Source: Kiritimatiellia bacterium
GTDB lineage: Bacteria; Verrucomicrobiota; Kiritimatiellia; RFP12; UBA1067
Direction of reading: 5' to 3'
Length of the DNA: 64,000 bases
NCBI GenBank assembly: GCA_045636065.1
Contig: JAZTWW010000043.1
Span: 3,085-67,084 of the forward strand
The notes beneath the pieces were generated by a model. That model worked only from the letters and a program-made list of their open reading frames with translations, was not told where the DNA came from and ran no database searches. The number at the start of each line of letters is the position of its first letter. Position 1 is the stretch's first letter. Shown piece by piece: positions 46,271 through 56,005 of this stretch. The position numbers and the translations under genes are program-made.

Positions 46271-47389
46271 ATGGGTCTTAGTGTAGGGATCGTCGGTCTT
46301 CCGAACGTAGGCAAAAGCACACTTTTCAACGCGCTCACGAAGCGCCAGCAGGCGGCTGCCGAGAACTATCCGTTCTGCACGATAGAGCCGAACGAGGCCG
46401 TCGTCGAGGTCGAGGATGCAAGGCTCGCGAAGCTGGCCGATATAGTCCATCCGGCGCAGATCGTCAGGGCGACGGTGACTTTCACCGACATTGCAGGCCT
46501 TGTAAAGGGCGCGTCGAAGGGCGAGGGCCTCGGCAACAAGTTTCTGGCGAACATCCGCGAGTGCGATGCGATACTCCATGTCGTGAGGTGCTTCGAGAAC
46601 GACGACATCATCCACGTCCAGGAGGGGGGCGGCAAGTCCTCCCCGATCGATCCTGTGGGAGACGCCCAGGTTATCGAAACTGAGCTTCAGCTCGCCGATC
46701 TTGAGCAGCTTCAGCGCCGCCTCCAGAGGGTCGCAAAGGAGGCGAAGGCAAACCCGAAGCTCCGTCCCGAGGCCGAGGCCATGGCAGCCCTTGAGGCGCA
46801 CCTTAGCGAAGGCAAGAGCGTAAGGAGCTTCCCGAGAGCCGAGGGCGATGCGATAATCCCCGTTTTGAGGGAACTTCACTTCCTTACGGACAAGAAGGTC
46901 ATCTACTGCGCCAACGTCTCCGACGACAACGTCACGGGAGAAGGGAATGCGCATGTCGACGCCTTGCGCGAGTACGCCAAGGGCGAGGGTTGCGAGATGG
47001 TCGTCGTCTCCGCCCAGATGGAGGCCGACCTCGCAGGGCTTTCCGAGAGCGAGGCGAAGGAGTTTCTGGAGAGCTACGGGCTTGAGGAGAGCTCGCTCGC
47101 GAGGACGATCCGCCTCGCGTACCACACGCTTGGGCTTGCGAGCTACTTCACGGCCGGCCCCAAGGAGGTGCGGGCGTGGACGTTCCACAGGGGCTGGAAG
47201 GCCCCGAAGTGCGCGGGCGTCATACACACCGACTTCGAGAAGGGCTTCATACGCGCCGAGGTCATCGCATACGACGACTACATCGCCCACAACGGCGTCT
47301 CCGGCGCGCGTTCGGCGGGGGCGCTCAGGCCAGAGGGCAAAGAGTACGAGATGAAAGACGGCGACGTCGTCGAATTCCTTTTCAACTAG
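46271..47389 (+). CDS. ychF: Redox-regulated ATPase YchF
   Basis: GIVGLPNVGKSTLFNALT, NYPFCTIEPN, DIAGLVKGASKGEGLGNKFLANIRE, TGS domain IHTDFEKGFIRAEV. Confidence 0.97.
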   Translation: MGLSVGIVGLPNVGKSTLFNALTKRQQAAAENYPFCTIEPNEAVVEVEDARLAKLADIVHPAQIVRATVTFTDIAGLVKGASKGEGLGNKFLANIRECDAILHVVRCFENDDIIHVQEGGGKSSPIDPVGDAQVIETELQLADLEQLQRRLQRVAKEAKANPKLRPEAEAMAALEAHLSEGKSVRSFPRAEGDAIIPVLRELHFLTDKKVIYCANVSDDNVTGEGNAHVDALREYAKGEGCEMVVVSAQMEADLAGLSESEAKEFLESYGLEESSLARTIRLAYHTLGLASYFTAGPKEVRAWTFHRGWKAPKCAGVIHTDFEKGFIRAEVIAYDDYIAHNGVSGARSAGALRPEGKEYEMKDGDVVEFLFN

Positions 47390-47392
47390 GCC

Positions 47393-48127
47393 ATGCAGAG
47401 AGTTCTTGTAACAGGCAGTTCGCGCGGCATAGGAAGGGCCGTAGCGCTGAAGCTCGCGAAGGACGGCTTCGCCGTGAAGACGCACGCCGCGAAAAGCGTC
47501 GATGCGGCCCGCGAAACGGCGAGGCTCTGCGCGGAGCTCTCGGGCGCGTCCTTCGAGGAGCCCTTCGCGTTCGATCTGAGGGATAGGGCCGCCGTCGAAG
47601 CGGCCATACTCGCCGACATCGAGGCCAACGGCCCATACTACGGCGTCGTCGCGAACGCCGGGGTCTCGGCAGACGCGCCTTTCCCCGTCCTTGAGGGCGA
47701 GCTTTGGGACAAGGTCATAGACACGGACCTTACCGGCTTCTACAACCTTGTGAAGCCTCTTGTGATGCCGATGGTCTCCGCGCGCATCAAAGGCCGCATC
47801 GTCGCACTCTCCAGCGTGAGCGGAGTTGTCGGCAACAGGGGGCAGGTGAACTACTCGGCGGCCAAGGCCGGGCTTATAGGGGCAGTCAAGGCGCTTTCCG
47901 TGGAGCTCGCCAAGCGCGGAATAACGGTGAACGCGGTTGCCCCGGGTGTGATCGACACCGACATGGCCCGCTCCATAGAGGAGCCGGATCTCGTTAAGAA
48001 GGCCATCCCGATGCGCAGGTTCGGAACCCCGGACGAGGTGGCGGCGGTCGTCTCGTTCCTTATGGGCCCGGGCGCATCGTACGTGACGCGGCAGGTGATA
48101 AAGGTCGATGGAGGGCTGGCAGGGTGA
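47393..48127 (+). CDS. fabG: 3-oxoacyl-ACP reductase
   Basis: [27 protein letters not shown]; coupled to the downstream ketosynthase. Confidence 0.85.
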   Translation: MQRVLVTGSSRGIGRAVALKLAKDGFAVKTHAAKSVDAARETARLCAELSGASFEEPFAFDLRDRAAVEAAILADIEANGPYYGVVANAGVSADAPFPVLEGELWDKVIDTDLTGFYNLVKPLVMPMVSARIKGRIVALSSVSGVVGNRGQVNYSAAKAGLIGAVKALSVELAKRGITVNAVAPGVIDTDMARSIEEPDLVKKAIPMRRFGTPDEVAAVVSFLMGPGASYVTRQVIKVDGGLAG

Positions 48128-49341
48128 GGCGCGTCGCGATAACTGGCATGGGCGCCGTAAGCCCGCTTGGCATAGGGGTCGACGCCTCCTTCGAAAGGCT
48201 CCGCCGCTTCGAGAACTGCGTAGGCCTTGACGAGGAGCTTCTCTCGTTCAAGGGTTTCAACACGCACCTTTCGGCGAGGTCGAATTTCGTCCGGCCCGAG
48301 AGGTATACGCGCAAGGTCGTGAGGACCATGGGCGAGGTTAGCATACTGGCCCTCAACGCCACGGAGCAGGCGATATCCGAGGCCGGGCTGGAGGCGGCGG
48401 ATCTCGAAAGCGGCCGCTGCGGAGTGGCCTACGGAAGCTGCTCCGGGAGCATAGCGCCCCTGGCGGATTTCGCGGGAACCGTTCTCAAGAAGGAGATCCG
48501 CGGGATAACGAGCGGATCGTACATCAAGTTCATGCCACAGACCACGGCCGTCAATCTGAGCGTACATTTCAGGACGCACGGGCGGCTCGTCCCGACGGGT
48601 ACGGCGTGCACAAGCGGAAGCCTCGCCATCGGAAGCGCGGCGGAGCTTATACGCTGGGGCGTCCAGGATGTCATGATAGCCGGCGGCGCCGAGGAGTTCT
48701 CGGCGACCCAGGTCGCGGTCTTCGATACGCTTTTCGCAACGAGCGTGAAGGATGGCGAGCCTAAGCTCACGCCGCGCCCGTTCGATGTGGCGCGCGACGG
48801 CCTTGTGATAGGGGACGGCGCGGCCACGCTCATACTTGAAGACATGGACCGCGCCAGGGCGCGCGGCGCGAAGATCTTGGCCGAGGTCGTCGGATTCGCC
48901 GAGAACACCGACGGCACGCACGTAACAAACCCCAATATGGAGACGATGTCCCTCGCGCTCGAAGGGGCGCTGGAGGACGCCAAAGTCTCCCCAAACGACA
49001 TAGGCTTCGTAAGCGGCCACGGCACCGCCACCATCGCGGGCGACATAGCCGAGACCCACGCCACATTCAGGGCGTTCGGCCGCGCGGTACCGATCCACAG
49101 CATAAAGAGCTACACCGGGCATACCCTCGGCGCGTGTGGAGCCTTGGAGGCGATTCTCGCCGTAAGGAGCCTCGACTCCGGCTGGGTTCCGCCGACAGTC
49201 AATCTCACGGATATCGATCCAAAGTGCGCGGAGCTCGACTATATAACGGGTGATGGCCGCATGATAGATGCCGCGTACGCGATGTCGAACAATTTCGCGT
49301 TCGGCGGAGTCAATACGTCGCTTGTCCTTGGAAGGGTCTAA
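48124..49341 (+). CDS. Beta-ketoacyl-ACP synthase (FabB/FabF family)
   Basis: TACTSGS (active Cys), [26 protein letters not shown]. Confidence 0.92.
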   Translation: MRRVAITGMGAVSPLGIGVDASFERLRRFENCVGLDEELLSFKGFNTHLSARSNFVRPERYTRKVVRTMGEVSILALNATEQAISEAGLEAADLESGRCGVAYGSCSGSIAPLADFAGTVLKKEIRGITSGSYIKFMPQTTAVNLSVHFRTHGRLVPTGTACTSGSLAIGSAAELIRWGVQDVMIAGGAEEFSATQVAVFDTLFATSVKDGEPKLTPRPFDVARDGLVIGDGAATLILEDMDRARARGAKILAEVVGFAENTDGTHVTNPNMETMSLALEGALEDAKVSPNDIGFVSGHGTATIAGDIAETHATFRAFGRAVPIHSIKSYTGHTLGACGALEAILAVRSLDSGWVPPTVNLTDIDPKCAELDYITGDGRMIDAAYAMSNNFAFGGVNTSLVLGRV

Positions 49342-49343
49342 AG

Positions 49344-50456
49344 ATGAAAACAAGGCAGTTCTGGTATCCGCTCCCCGAAAGGCTCATTGCGCAGCACCCC
49401 GCGAAGGAGCGCGGCACCGAGAGGATGATGGTCCTCCACCGCGACACCTGCTTCCTCGAGCACCGCCACATTGCCGACATAGTAGAGTACCTCAAGGAAG
49501 GCGATCTTCTCGTGGTGAACGACACGAAAGTCTTCCCGGCCAGGCTTCTCGGGACGTGGGCCGATAGCCTCGGAGCCGTGGAGGTGCTTATGGTGAGCCC
49601 CGCCTCGGACGGCGATGCGCTTGACGCGGAAGGGCCCGGGCGCGCCCTCGCGGCCCATGAGGTCACGTGGAACGTCATGATCGGCAGCGGCCGCCCGTCG
49701 CGTGAAGGGCAGGTGGCCGTGTTCGGACCCAAGGGCGAGCTCAAGGCGACGCTGAAGATTAAGCTTGGCGGCGGGATGTGGAGGGTCGTCCTTTCTAGCG
49801 ATAGGCCGCTCGGCGAGCTTCTCGACGAGTTTGGGAGAACGCCAGTCCCGCCTTACGTCCACCGCGAAGGGACGGCCGAGGAGGAGGTCGCCGACCGCGA
49901 GAGGTATCAGACGATATACGCAAGGCACATTGGAAGCGTCGCTGCGCCTACTGCGGGTCTCCATTTCACGCCGGAAATCTTCGCCGCGCTTGAGGCCAAG
50001 GGCGTCAGGCGCACTGCGGTGACGCTCCACGTGGGGCCAGGCACGTTCAGACCCGTGAAGGCCGAGAACATCGAGGATCACCAGATGGACTTCGAGGCGT
50101 TCTCCGTCCCGGAGGAGGCCGCACGCGAGATAAACGAATGCAAGGCGAGAGGCGGGCGGGTCATCTGCGTAGGCTCGACGAGCGTGAGGACGCTTGAGAC
50201 CGTCGCGAGCCGCGAGCGCAAGGAGGGAGAGCCTCTTATCGTCGCGGGAAGCGGCGCCTCGAACATCTTCATCTATCCTCCGTACCGTTTCAAGGTCGCG
50301 GACGGGATGCTCACGAACTTCCATCTGCCGCAGTCGACGCTTCTTATGATGGTCTCCGCGCTTGCGGGCCGGGAGCGCATCCTTTCGGCGTATGCAATGG
50401 CCGTGCGGTCAAACTACATGTTTTTCAGCTACGGCGACTGCATGCTGATCGTTTGA
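49344..50456 (+). CDS. queA: S-adenosylmethionine:tRNA ribosyltransferase-isomerase
   Basis: LIAQHP, NDTKVFPARL, RYQTIYA, GSVAAPTAGLHFT, TNFHLPQSTL, FFSYGDCM. Confidence 0.97.
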   Translation: MKTRQFWYPLPERLIAQHPAKERGTERMMVLHRDTCFLEHRHIADIVEYLKEGDLLVVNDTKVFPARLLGTWADSLGAVEVLMVSPASDGDALDAEGPGRALAAHEVTWNVMIGSGRPSREGQVAVFGPKGELKATLKIKLGGGMWRVVLSSDRPLGELLDEFGRTPVPPYVHREGTAEEEVADRERYQTIYARHIGSVAAPTAGLHFTPEIFAALEAKGVRRTAVTLHVGPGTFRPVKAENIEDHQMDFEAFSVPEEAAREINECKARGGRVICVGSTSVRTLETVASRERKEGEPLIVAGSGASNIFIYPPYRFKVADGMLTNFHLPQSTLLMMVSALAGRERILSAYAMAVRSNYMFFSYGDCMLIV

Positions 50457-50487
50457 GTGGCAGGTGGCTTTTGAGGAGAAATCCATC

Positions 50488-51507
50488 ATGAAAAGAATAT
50501 CCGCTCTCGTTATCGTTTCACTGCTCTCCATCGCGTCTTTATCGGCCTACACTGTGGCGCTGGCGCCCGGGGAAGTCAAGCTTGATGTCGTCGAAGACGT
50601 GGGTTACGACGTATTCAATTTCGTGTTGAATGCCCCGACCTGTAAATCGAGGATGTCGGCAGGCCATCAGTATAGCATTCTGGCGACGCCGACCGTAAAG
50701 GCGTGGACGGCGGCCCAAAAGGCGGATGTGTCGGTTCCGTACGTCGTCAAGGAAGGGGATCAGGAGGCGTTGCGGTCGATGAAAGCGGCCGTGGAGGCGT
50801 TGAAGGACAGCCCCAGCGCCGATAAGGCCAAGGAGCTTATCACCACAATCGAGACTGCGATTGGCGGCCTGAGTTTCAAGATGAAGACGGACGAGGACAG
50901 GAATGACGCGCTCGTGAACGCATATTGGTTTGCGCTATGCTACAGCGACGACCCCAAAATACGCAAACTCCTTGAAGGGAAGATAGACGCGCTTTGCAGA
51001 AAAAAGCGCCCATATCCCTACCGCGCAGATATGGTCCTGCCGACGTTCCTGGCCCTGCCGGCCTACGGCAGCTGCGACGAGTCGAAGGTCGAGAATATGA
51101 TGCGCCTGCTGAATGAATGCAAATGCGGACGCCGGCCCGACGGCTTCAAGGACAAAGCCGCCGCCATCCGTCTTGTAATTTCGATGGAGCGTTCCGTGCG
51201 CGTTCTCATGGAAGAGGAATCCATGCCGGCCGTAAAGAAGGCTCTTGTGAACATCGACAGGAACATGAGGGAGCTGTCGAAGCCGGGCCCCATCGCCGTG
51301 GATCCGAACTGCGGCGCTGCCGAAAGGGTGTCGAAAGCGTCGAACTGGGCGTTGCCAAAGAACTACATGGAGCTTAAGGTAGCGATCCTTGAGAGCGCGC
51401 TTGAGACGGCGCAAAGCGATGCCAAGCGCAATTTCCTGCAATCCGAGATCAGATCCACCGAGAAGAAGCTTAAGAAGCACCTTCAAACCGAACCCAAATC
51501 CCGCTAA
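50488..51507 (+). CDS. Hypothetical exported protein
   Basis: GAGGAG RBS; signal peptide MKRISALVIVSLLSIASLSA; no motif recognised. Confidence 0.7.
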   Translation: MKRISALVIVSLLSIASLSAYTVALAPGEVKLDVVEDVGYDVFNFVLNAPTCKSRMSAGHQYSILATPTVKAWTAAQKADVSVPYVVKEGDQEALRSMKAAVEALKDSPSADKAKELITTIETAIGGLSFKMKTDEDRNDALVNAYWFALCYSDDPKIRKLLEGKIDALCRKKRPYPYRADMVLPTFLALPAYGSCDESKVENMMRLLNECKCGRRPDGFKDKAAAIRLVISMERSVRVLMEEESMPAVKKALVNIDRNMRELSKPGPIAVDPNCGAAERVSKASNWALPKNYMELKVAILESALETAQSDAKRNFLQSEIRSTEKKLKKHLQTEPKSR

Positions 51508-51543
51508 TCCCCATTCCCCATTCCCCATTCCCCCATTCCCCAT
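51508..51543. repeat. Heptamer tandem repeat (TCCCCAT)x5
   Basis: TCCCCAT TCCCCAT TCCCCAT TCCCCCAT TCCCCAT fills the gap between two convergent stop codons. Confidence 0.9.
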
Positions 51544-51545
51544 CC

Positions 51546-52559
51546 TTACGCGTGCATGACGCGGTGGAGGATTTCGGCGCATTTGCCGCAGTGGATGCAG
51601 TCGTTGGCGCATTTTGCGCCGATTCCGGAGACGGCGAAACCGTCAGGGAAGGACTTGTTGTCTATGGGAGCCGGAAAAAGATCGGAGTGGACGGGATCCA
51701 TAAGGTCCAGAAGGTTGCCGTCGTAGCTGTAGGATGCGTAGGCGGCCAGTATCTTCGTGGGGTTTGCGATCTTGCGCGTCGCCACCTTGAAGACCTCGAC
51801 GCCGCGCTCCTCCCAAAGGGGGACGTCCTCGGGGCGCACCCAAGTCGCGCGTATGAAATCCTCGTACATGCCGCGCGAGTACGCGGTCCTGCAGCGGAAG
51901 AACGAGAAGCCGTACTCCTGCGCAGCCGCAATGTCTTCAGGCCTTCTGCCGTCGCCGTGGCCGTGGAGATTGTCGTGGAACTGCTGGAAGGGGCACTGCC
52001 TCAGGCACCCTGAGTTCACCTGCATGCCGGCGATCTTGCCGTGTGCGCGCGCCCACGATACGGCTGAATCCACATAGTCGAACTCGCGCTGGCGCTCGCG
52101 CGTCAGGTAGAACGAGTCGAAAAGCTCCTCGATGCACTCGAAGCCGACAGTGCCGTGGACGCGGCCGTTCACGGACCACCTTATCTTTAGTGACGGGAAA
52201 TGCCTTTTGAGGACCGTCGCGATGAAAGGGGATGTTGTCGTAACGATGTCGGGGAAGAGTCCTTCCCCGTCCATATCCTTCATGACCGATCTGACGAACG
52301 AGGCGAGGTTGGCGGATATTGCGTTCTCGCCGTAGCAGTTGCAGTTGAAGAGCGTGTCGAGAAGGATGCCGTTTCTGCGGCACCATCTGAGGTCGGAAAG
52401 GAGGCGTTCGCGGTTCTCGGTGGAGTTCTCCGGCGCGGGGCGGCATGAAAGCACCCCGGGCCAGGCGAAGAACACCTCCCTGATGCGCTCCTTCCAGGGC
52501 TCGCAAGCCTCGATGAAGGGTTCGTTGTAGAAATGGCCAACTGCAATGTTACTTTTCAT
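51546..52559 (-). CDS. Peptidase U32-like Fe-S protein with a Cys-rich C-terminus
   Basis: LFNCNCYG, VNSGCLRQCPF, WVRPED, FKVATR, CANDCIHCGKC. Confidence 0.65.
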   Translation of the reverse strand: MKSNIAVGHFYNEPFIEACEPWKERIREVFFAWPGVLSCRPAPENSTENRERLLSDLRWCRRNGILLDTLFNCNCYGENAISANLASFVRSVMKDMDGEGLFPDIVTTTSPFIATVLKRHFPSLKIRWSVNGRVHGTVGFECIEELFDSFYLTRERQREFDYVDSAVSWARAHGKIAGMQVNSGCLRQCPFQQFHDNLHGHGDGRRPEDIAAAQEYGFSFFRCRTAYSRGMYEDFIRATWVRPEDVPLWEERGVEVFKVATRKIANPTKILAAYASYSYDGNLLDLMDPVHSDLFPAPIDNKSFPDGFAVSGIGAKCANDCIHCGKCAEILHRVMHA

Positions 52560-52596
52560 TGCGGAAAGTATACCAATTCCCGGGGCGAAACGCAAG

Positions 52597-52618
52597 AAAA
52601 TTGCGCTAGGCTAATTTT
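52597..52618. promoter_or_regulatory. Imperfect palindrome, candidate metal-dependent repressor (DtxR/MntR-like) operator
   Basis: AAAATTGCGCTAGGCTAATTTT, adjacent to the feoA -35; related site at 53171. Confidence 0.5.
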
Positions 52619-52622
52619 GTGC

Positions 52623-52651
52623 TTGATTTTCCAACTTAGATATGGTAAACT
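52623..52651 (+). promoter_or_regulatory. sigma70 promoter of the feo operon
   Basis: TTGATT, 17-bp spacer ending TGG, TAAACT. Confidence 0.55.
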
Positions 52652-52687
52652 TATGCGCGTCGACCCGGGAAAGGGTCATATGGAGTT

Positions 52688-52903
52688 ATGGATATGCCTA
52701 TATCGTTCATGTCAGTGGGGAGCAGGCACAGGATCAAAGCCGTCAACGGCAGCGATTCGGTGAAGAAGCACCTTGGCGACCTTGGGTTCGTCGAGGGCGC
52801 TGAGGTAACGGTCGTCAACGAGACGGCCGGCAGTCTTATTCTCGGCATACACGACAGCCGCGTCGCCGTCAACCGCGATCTGGCGATCAGGATTCTCGTG
52901 TAG
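52688..52903 (+). CDS. feoA: Ferrous iron transport protein A
   Basis: KKHLGDLGFVEGAEVTVV...SRVAVNRDLA; upstream of feoB. Confidence 0.9.
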   Translation: MDMPISFMSVGSRHRIKAVNGSDSVKKHLGDLGFVEGAEVTVVNETAGSLILGIHDSRVAVNRDLAIRILV

Positions 52904-52926
52904 GGATGCGCGCGAAAGGAGAGGAA

Positions 52927-53148
52927 ATGACGCTTAAGGATGTAGCAATAGGTTCCAAGACCACAATCGTCAAGCTCAACGGCGAGGGCCCTGTCAAAAG
53001 GCGCATAATGGATATGGGCCTTGTGAAGGGCACGGAAGTCACCGTCAGGAAGGTGGCCCCAATCGGCGATCCCATCGAGATAACCGTTCGCGGGTTCGAG
53101 CTGAGCCTCCGCAAGGCGGAAGCCGCCCTTATCGAAGTCGCCTTATAA
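52927..53148 (+). CDS. feoA: Ferrous iron transport protein A (second copy)
   Basis: RRIMDMGLVKGTEV...APIGDPIEITVRGFELSLRKAEA. Confidence 0.95.
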   Translation: MTLKDVAIGSKTTIVKLNGEGPVKRRIMDMGLVKGTEVTVRKVAPIGDPIEITVRGFELSLRKAEAALIEVAL

Positions 53149-53170
53149 ACCAAATTTTTTGGCCTTATAC

Positions 53171-53184
53171 TTAGCCTAGTCTAA
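53171..53184. promoter_or_regulatory. Second candidate DtxR/MntR-like operator, upstream of feoB
   Basis: TTAGCCTAGTCTAA is a near-palindrome and matches the reverse complement of 52601-52614 (TTAGCCTAGCGCAA). Confidence 0.5.
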
Positions 53185-53220
53185 ACAAATTCGCCAAAGG
53201 AAACTCAAGGAGAATTTCAA

Positions 53221-55821
53221 ATGGCAATCAAAATTGCGCTTGCAGGCAACCCGAATAGCGGCAAGACAACGCTCTTCAACGAGCTCACCGGCTCGAACCA
53301 GTATGTCGGCAACTGGCCTGGCGTCACGGTCGAGAAGAAGGACGGCATCCTTAAAGGCGACAAGAATGTCGTGGTGCAGGACCTTCCCGGCATCTACTCG
53401 CTTTCGCCGTATTCCCTTGAGGAGCGCGTTTCGCGCAACTTCCTCGTCACCGAAAGGCCCGATGCGATCCTGGACATCGTCGACGGCATGAACATCGAGC
53501 GCAACCTCTACCTCACGACGCAGCTCGCCGAGCTGGGTGTGCCTCTTGTAGTGGCGGTCAACATGATGGACCTCGTCGCCAAGGCTGGTGACAGGATCAA
53601 CTTCGAGAAGCTCGGCAAGGCTCTCAACTGCAAGGTGATCGGCATCTCCGCGCAGAAGGGCGAAGGTTGCGCCGACGCGGCGCAGCTCGCGCTCGACTAC
53701 GCCAAGGAGGGCCGCAAGGGCGAAGTGCCGCACGTTTTCACCGGTTCCGTGGAGCATGCGCTCGCGCATATCGAGGAGTCGATCCAGGGGACCGTCCCCA
53801 AAGAGTCGATCCGCTGGTGCGCGATAAAGGTCTTCGAGCGCGACAAGGAGGCCATCTCGAAGATGGGCCTCAAGCCCCAGACGCTCGAGCATGTCGAGCA
53901 GCACATAAAGGACTGCGAGAGGGAGCTTGACGATGACGCCGAGTCGATCATAACCTCACAGCGCTACTCGTTCATCCAGAGGCTCGTTTCCGAGTGTGTG
54001 GTGAAGAACGAGAAGAAGCGCGCACGCGCAAGCCTCTCAGATAGGATCGACAGGTTCGTCACGAACCGCATCCTCGCTCTCCCGCTCTTCTTCGTCGCCC
54101 TCTGCGCCATGTGGTGGATAGCCGCTTCGCCAAGCGGCGTCGGCACGGTCCTTACGGATTGGGCGAACGACGGGCTCCTTGGCGAGGACGGGTGGCATCT
54201 TCCCTTCACCACGCACGAGTTCAAGTGCCCCGATTGCGGCGTGGAAGGCTCCTGCAAGGCCTGCTCGATATACTCCGGCCTTGAGTACGACGATGCGAAG
54301 GACGCCTACGCCCCCCACGAAAAGAACGTCGAGGAGTGGGAGAAGGCGTACGTCGAGGCGTACAACGAGGCCCACAAGTCTGATGAGGGATTTGAAGCTC
54401 TTGAGGAGTTCGACGAAGAGAAGCTCGATCCTGCGATCGCCGCCGGCGTCAAGGCCGACGTCAAGCTCGACGACGACGAGGAGACTGGCGAGAGCATCAA
54501 GGGCAAGGTGGAGATAAAGAACGGTTTCGTCAGCGTCGAGAAGGACGAGGAGTGCGAAACCGACGCTGCCTGGCGCTGCGACTGGGCCATGTATCAGGTG
54601 TCGAAGGCCGTCCCGGAGGTTGATCCCAGCGCCTTCGGGGTGTTCGTCCCCGGCATCGCCGCTCTCATCGACGACGGTCTCAAAGCCGCCGGCGCGAGCG
54701 AGACGGTGACTTCAATAGTGAAAGACGGCGCATGGGCGGGCGTCGCGACGGTTCTCGGCTTCGTTCCCGTCATAGCCGTCGTCTTCCTCTTCCTCGCGTT
54801 CCTCGAGGACTGCGGATACATGGCGCGCGTCGCCTTCATAATGGACCGCCTCTTCAGGTGCTTCGGCCTTTCCGGCAAGAGCTTCATCCCGATGATCGTC
54901 GGCAAGGGCTGCGGTGTGCCGGCTGTCATGGCGGCTAGGACGATCGAGAACAAGCGCGACCAGCGCATGACGATCATCTTGGCGACATTCATCCCCTGCG
55001 GCGCCAAGACGGCGATCATAACGATGTTCGCAGTACTCTTCTTCCGCGAACAGTGGTGGATCGCCTGGCTCATGGACGTCATCGGCATCGCGATCATCAT
55101 CCTGGGCGGCATTGCGCTCAAGAAGTCGCGCTTCTTCGCGGGCGAGGCGGCGCCTTTCGTGATGGAGCTTCCCGCGTACCACCTGCCCACCCTGGGCGGA
55201 GTCTGGAAGAGCACGTGGACACGCGCAAAGGGGTATATCTTGAGGGCCGGTCTCATAATCTTCCCGGCGAGCGTCTTCCTCTGGCTCGTGATGCACTTCG
55301 ACTGGACCTTTACGCTCCTTTCGGACGAGCAGCTCGACCAGTCCATGCTCGCCACGGTCGGCAACTGGATCGCGTGGTTCTTTGCGCCTCTCGGCTTCGG
55401 AACGTGGCAGGGCGCTGCGGCGACGGTTTCTGCCGAAATCGCCAAGGAGCAGGCAACCGCGACGCTCGGCATAGTCTCGGCCGGAATGTCCGGCGCGACG
55501 GTCGGCGCGCAGATCCAGAACCTCTTCGCGTCGTTCAGCGACTTCCCGAAGCTTGCCGCGCTCTCGTTCATGGTCTTCAACCTCTTCATCCCGCCCTGCA
55601 TGGTGGCGATAGCCGTCACGTTCCGCGAGATGGGGTCCAAGGCGTGGGGCTTCCTGGCGATGGGCTTCCAGCTCTTCGTGGGGTACGCGATATCGCTCTC
55701 CGTGTACCAGATAGGCATGCTTGTCGCGGGCGGCGTCTTCGGCTTCTGGACGGCCGTCGCCATAGCGGTCGATCTCTTCTGCCTGTGGGCTATCCTCCGC
55801 CCTGCAAGGAAGGAGGCGTAG
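53221..55821 (+). CDS. feoB: Ferrous iron transport protein B with an acidic, Cys-containing insertion
   Basis: GNPNSGKTT, VGNWPGVTVEKK, DLPGIYSL, NMMD, LEDCGYMARVAF, FVMELPAY. Confidence 0.96.
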   Translation: MAIKIALAGNPNSGKTTLFNELTGSNQYVGNWPGVTVEKKDGILKGDKNVVVQDLPGIYSLSPYSLEERVSRNFLVTERPDAILDIVDGMNIERNLYLTTQLAELGVPLVVAVNMMDLVAKAGDRINFEKLGKALNCKVIGISAQKGEGCADAAQLALDYAKEGRKGEVPHVFTGSVEHALAHIEESIQGTVPKESIRWCAIKVFERDKEAISKMGLKPQTLEHVEQHIKDCERELDDDAESIITSQRYSFIQRLVSECVVKNEKKRARASLSDRIDRFVTNRILALPLFFVALCAMWWIAASPSGVGTVLTDWANDGLLGEDGWHLPFTTHEFKCPDCGVEGSCKACSIYSGLEYDDAKDAYAPHEKNVEEWEKAYVEAYNEAHKSDEGFEALEEFDEEKLDPAIAAGVKADVKLDDDEETGESIKGKVEIKNGFVSVEKDEECETDAAWRCDWAMYQVSKAVPEVDPSAFGVFVPGIAALIDDGLKAAGASETVTSIVKDGAWAGVATVLGFVPVIAVVFLFLAFLEDCGYMARVAFIMDRLFRCFGLSGKSFIPMIVGKGCGVPAVMAARTIENKRDQRMTIILATFIPCGAKTAIITMFAVLFFREQWWIAWLMDVIGIAIIILGGIALKKSRFFAGEAAPFVMELPAYHLPTLGGVWKSTWTRAKGYILRAGLIIFPASVFLWLVMHFDWTFTLLSDEQLDQSMLATVGNWIAWFFAPLGFGTWQGAAATVSAEIAKEQATATLGIVSAGMSGATVGAQIQNLFASFSDFPKLAALSFMVFNLFIPPCMVAIAVTFREMGSKAWGFLAMGFQLFVGYAISLSVYQIGMLVAGGVFGFWTAVAIAVDLFCLWAILRPARKEA

Positions 55822-55822
55822 G

Positions 55823-56005
55823 ATGAATGCCGGATCTCTTCTCGTCCTCGCGGGGCTTCTCGCCCTCGCGGGACTTGCGGTGTGGCGCGTAATAAGAAAG
55901 GGAGCACCTTGCGATTGCGGGTGCGGCGGCAAGTGCTCCGGCTGCGCAGGATGCCACTCCAAGGCGCTATTTCAAACAAAAACGAAAGGATGTTATAGAA
56001 GATGA
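55823..56005 (+). CDS. FeoB-associated Cys-rich small membrane protein
   Basis: One TM helix, then CDCGCGGKCSGCAGCH, directly after feoB. Confidence 0.8.
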   Translation: MNAGSLLVLAGLLALAGLAVWRVIRKGAPCDCGCGGKCSGCAGCHSKALFQTKTKGCYRR

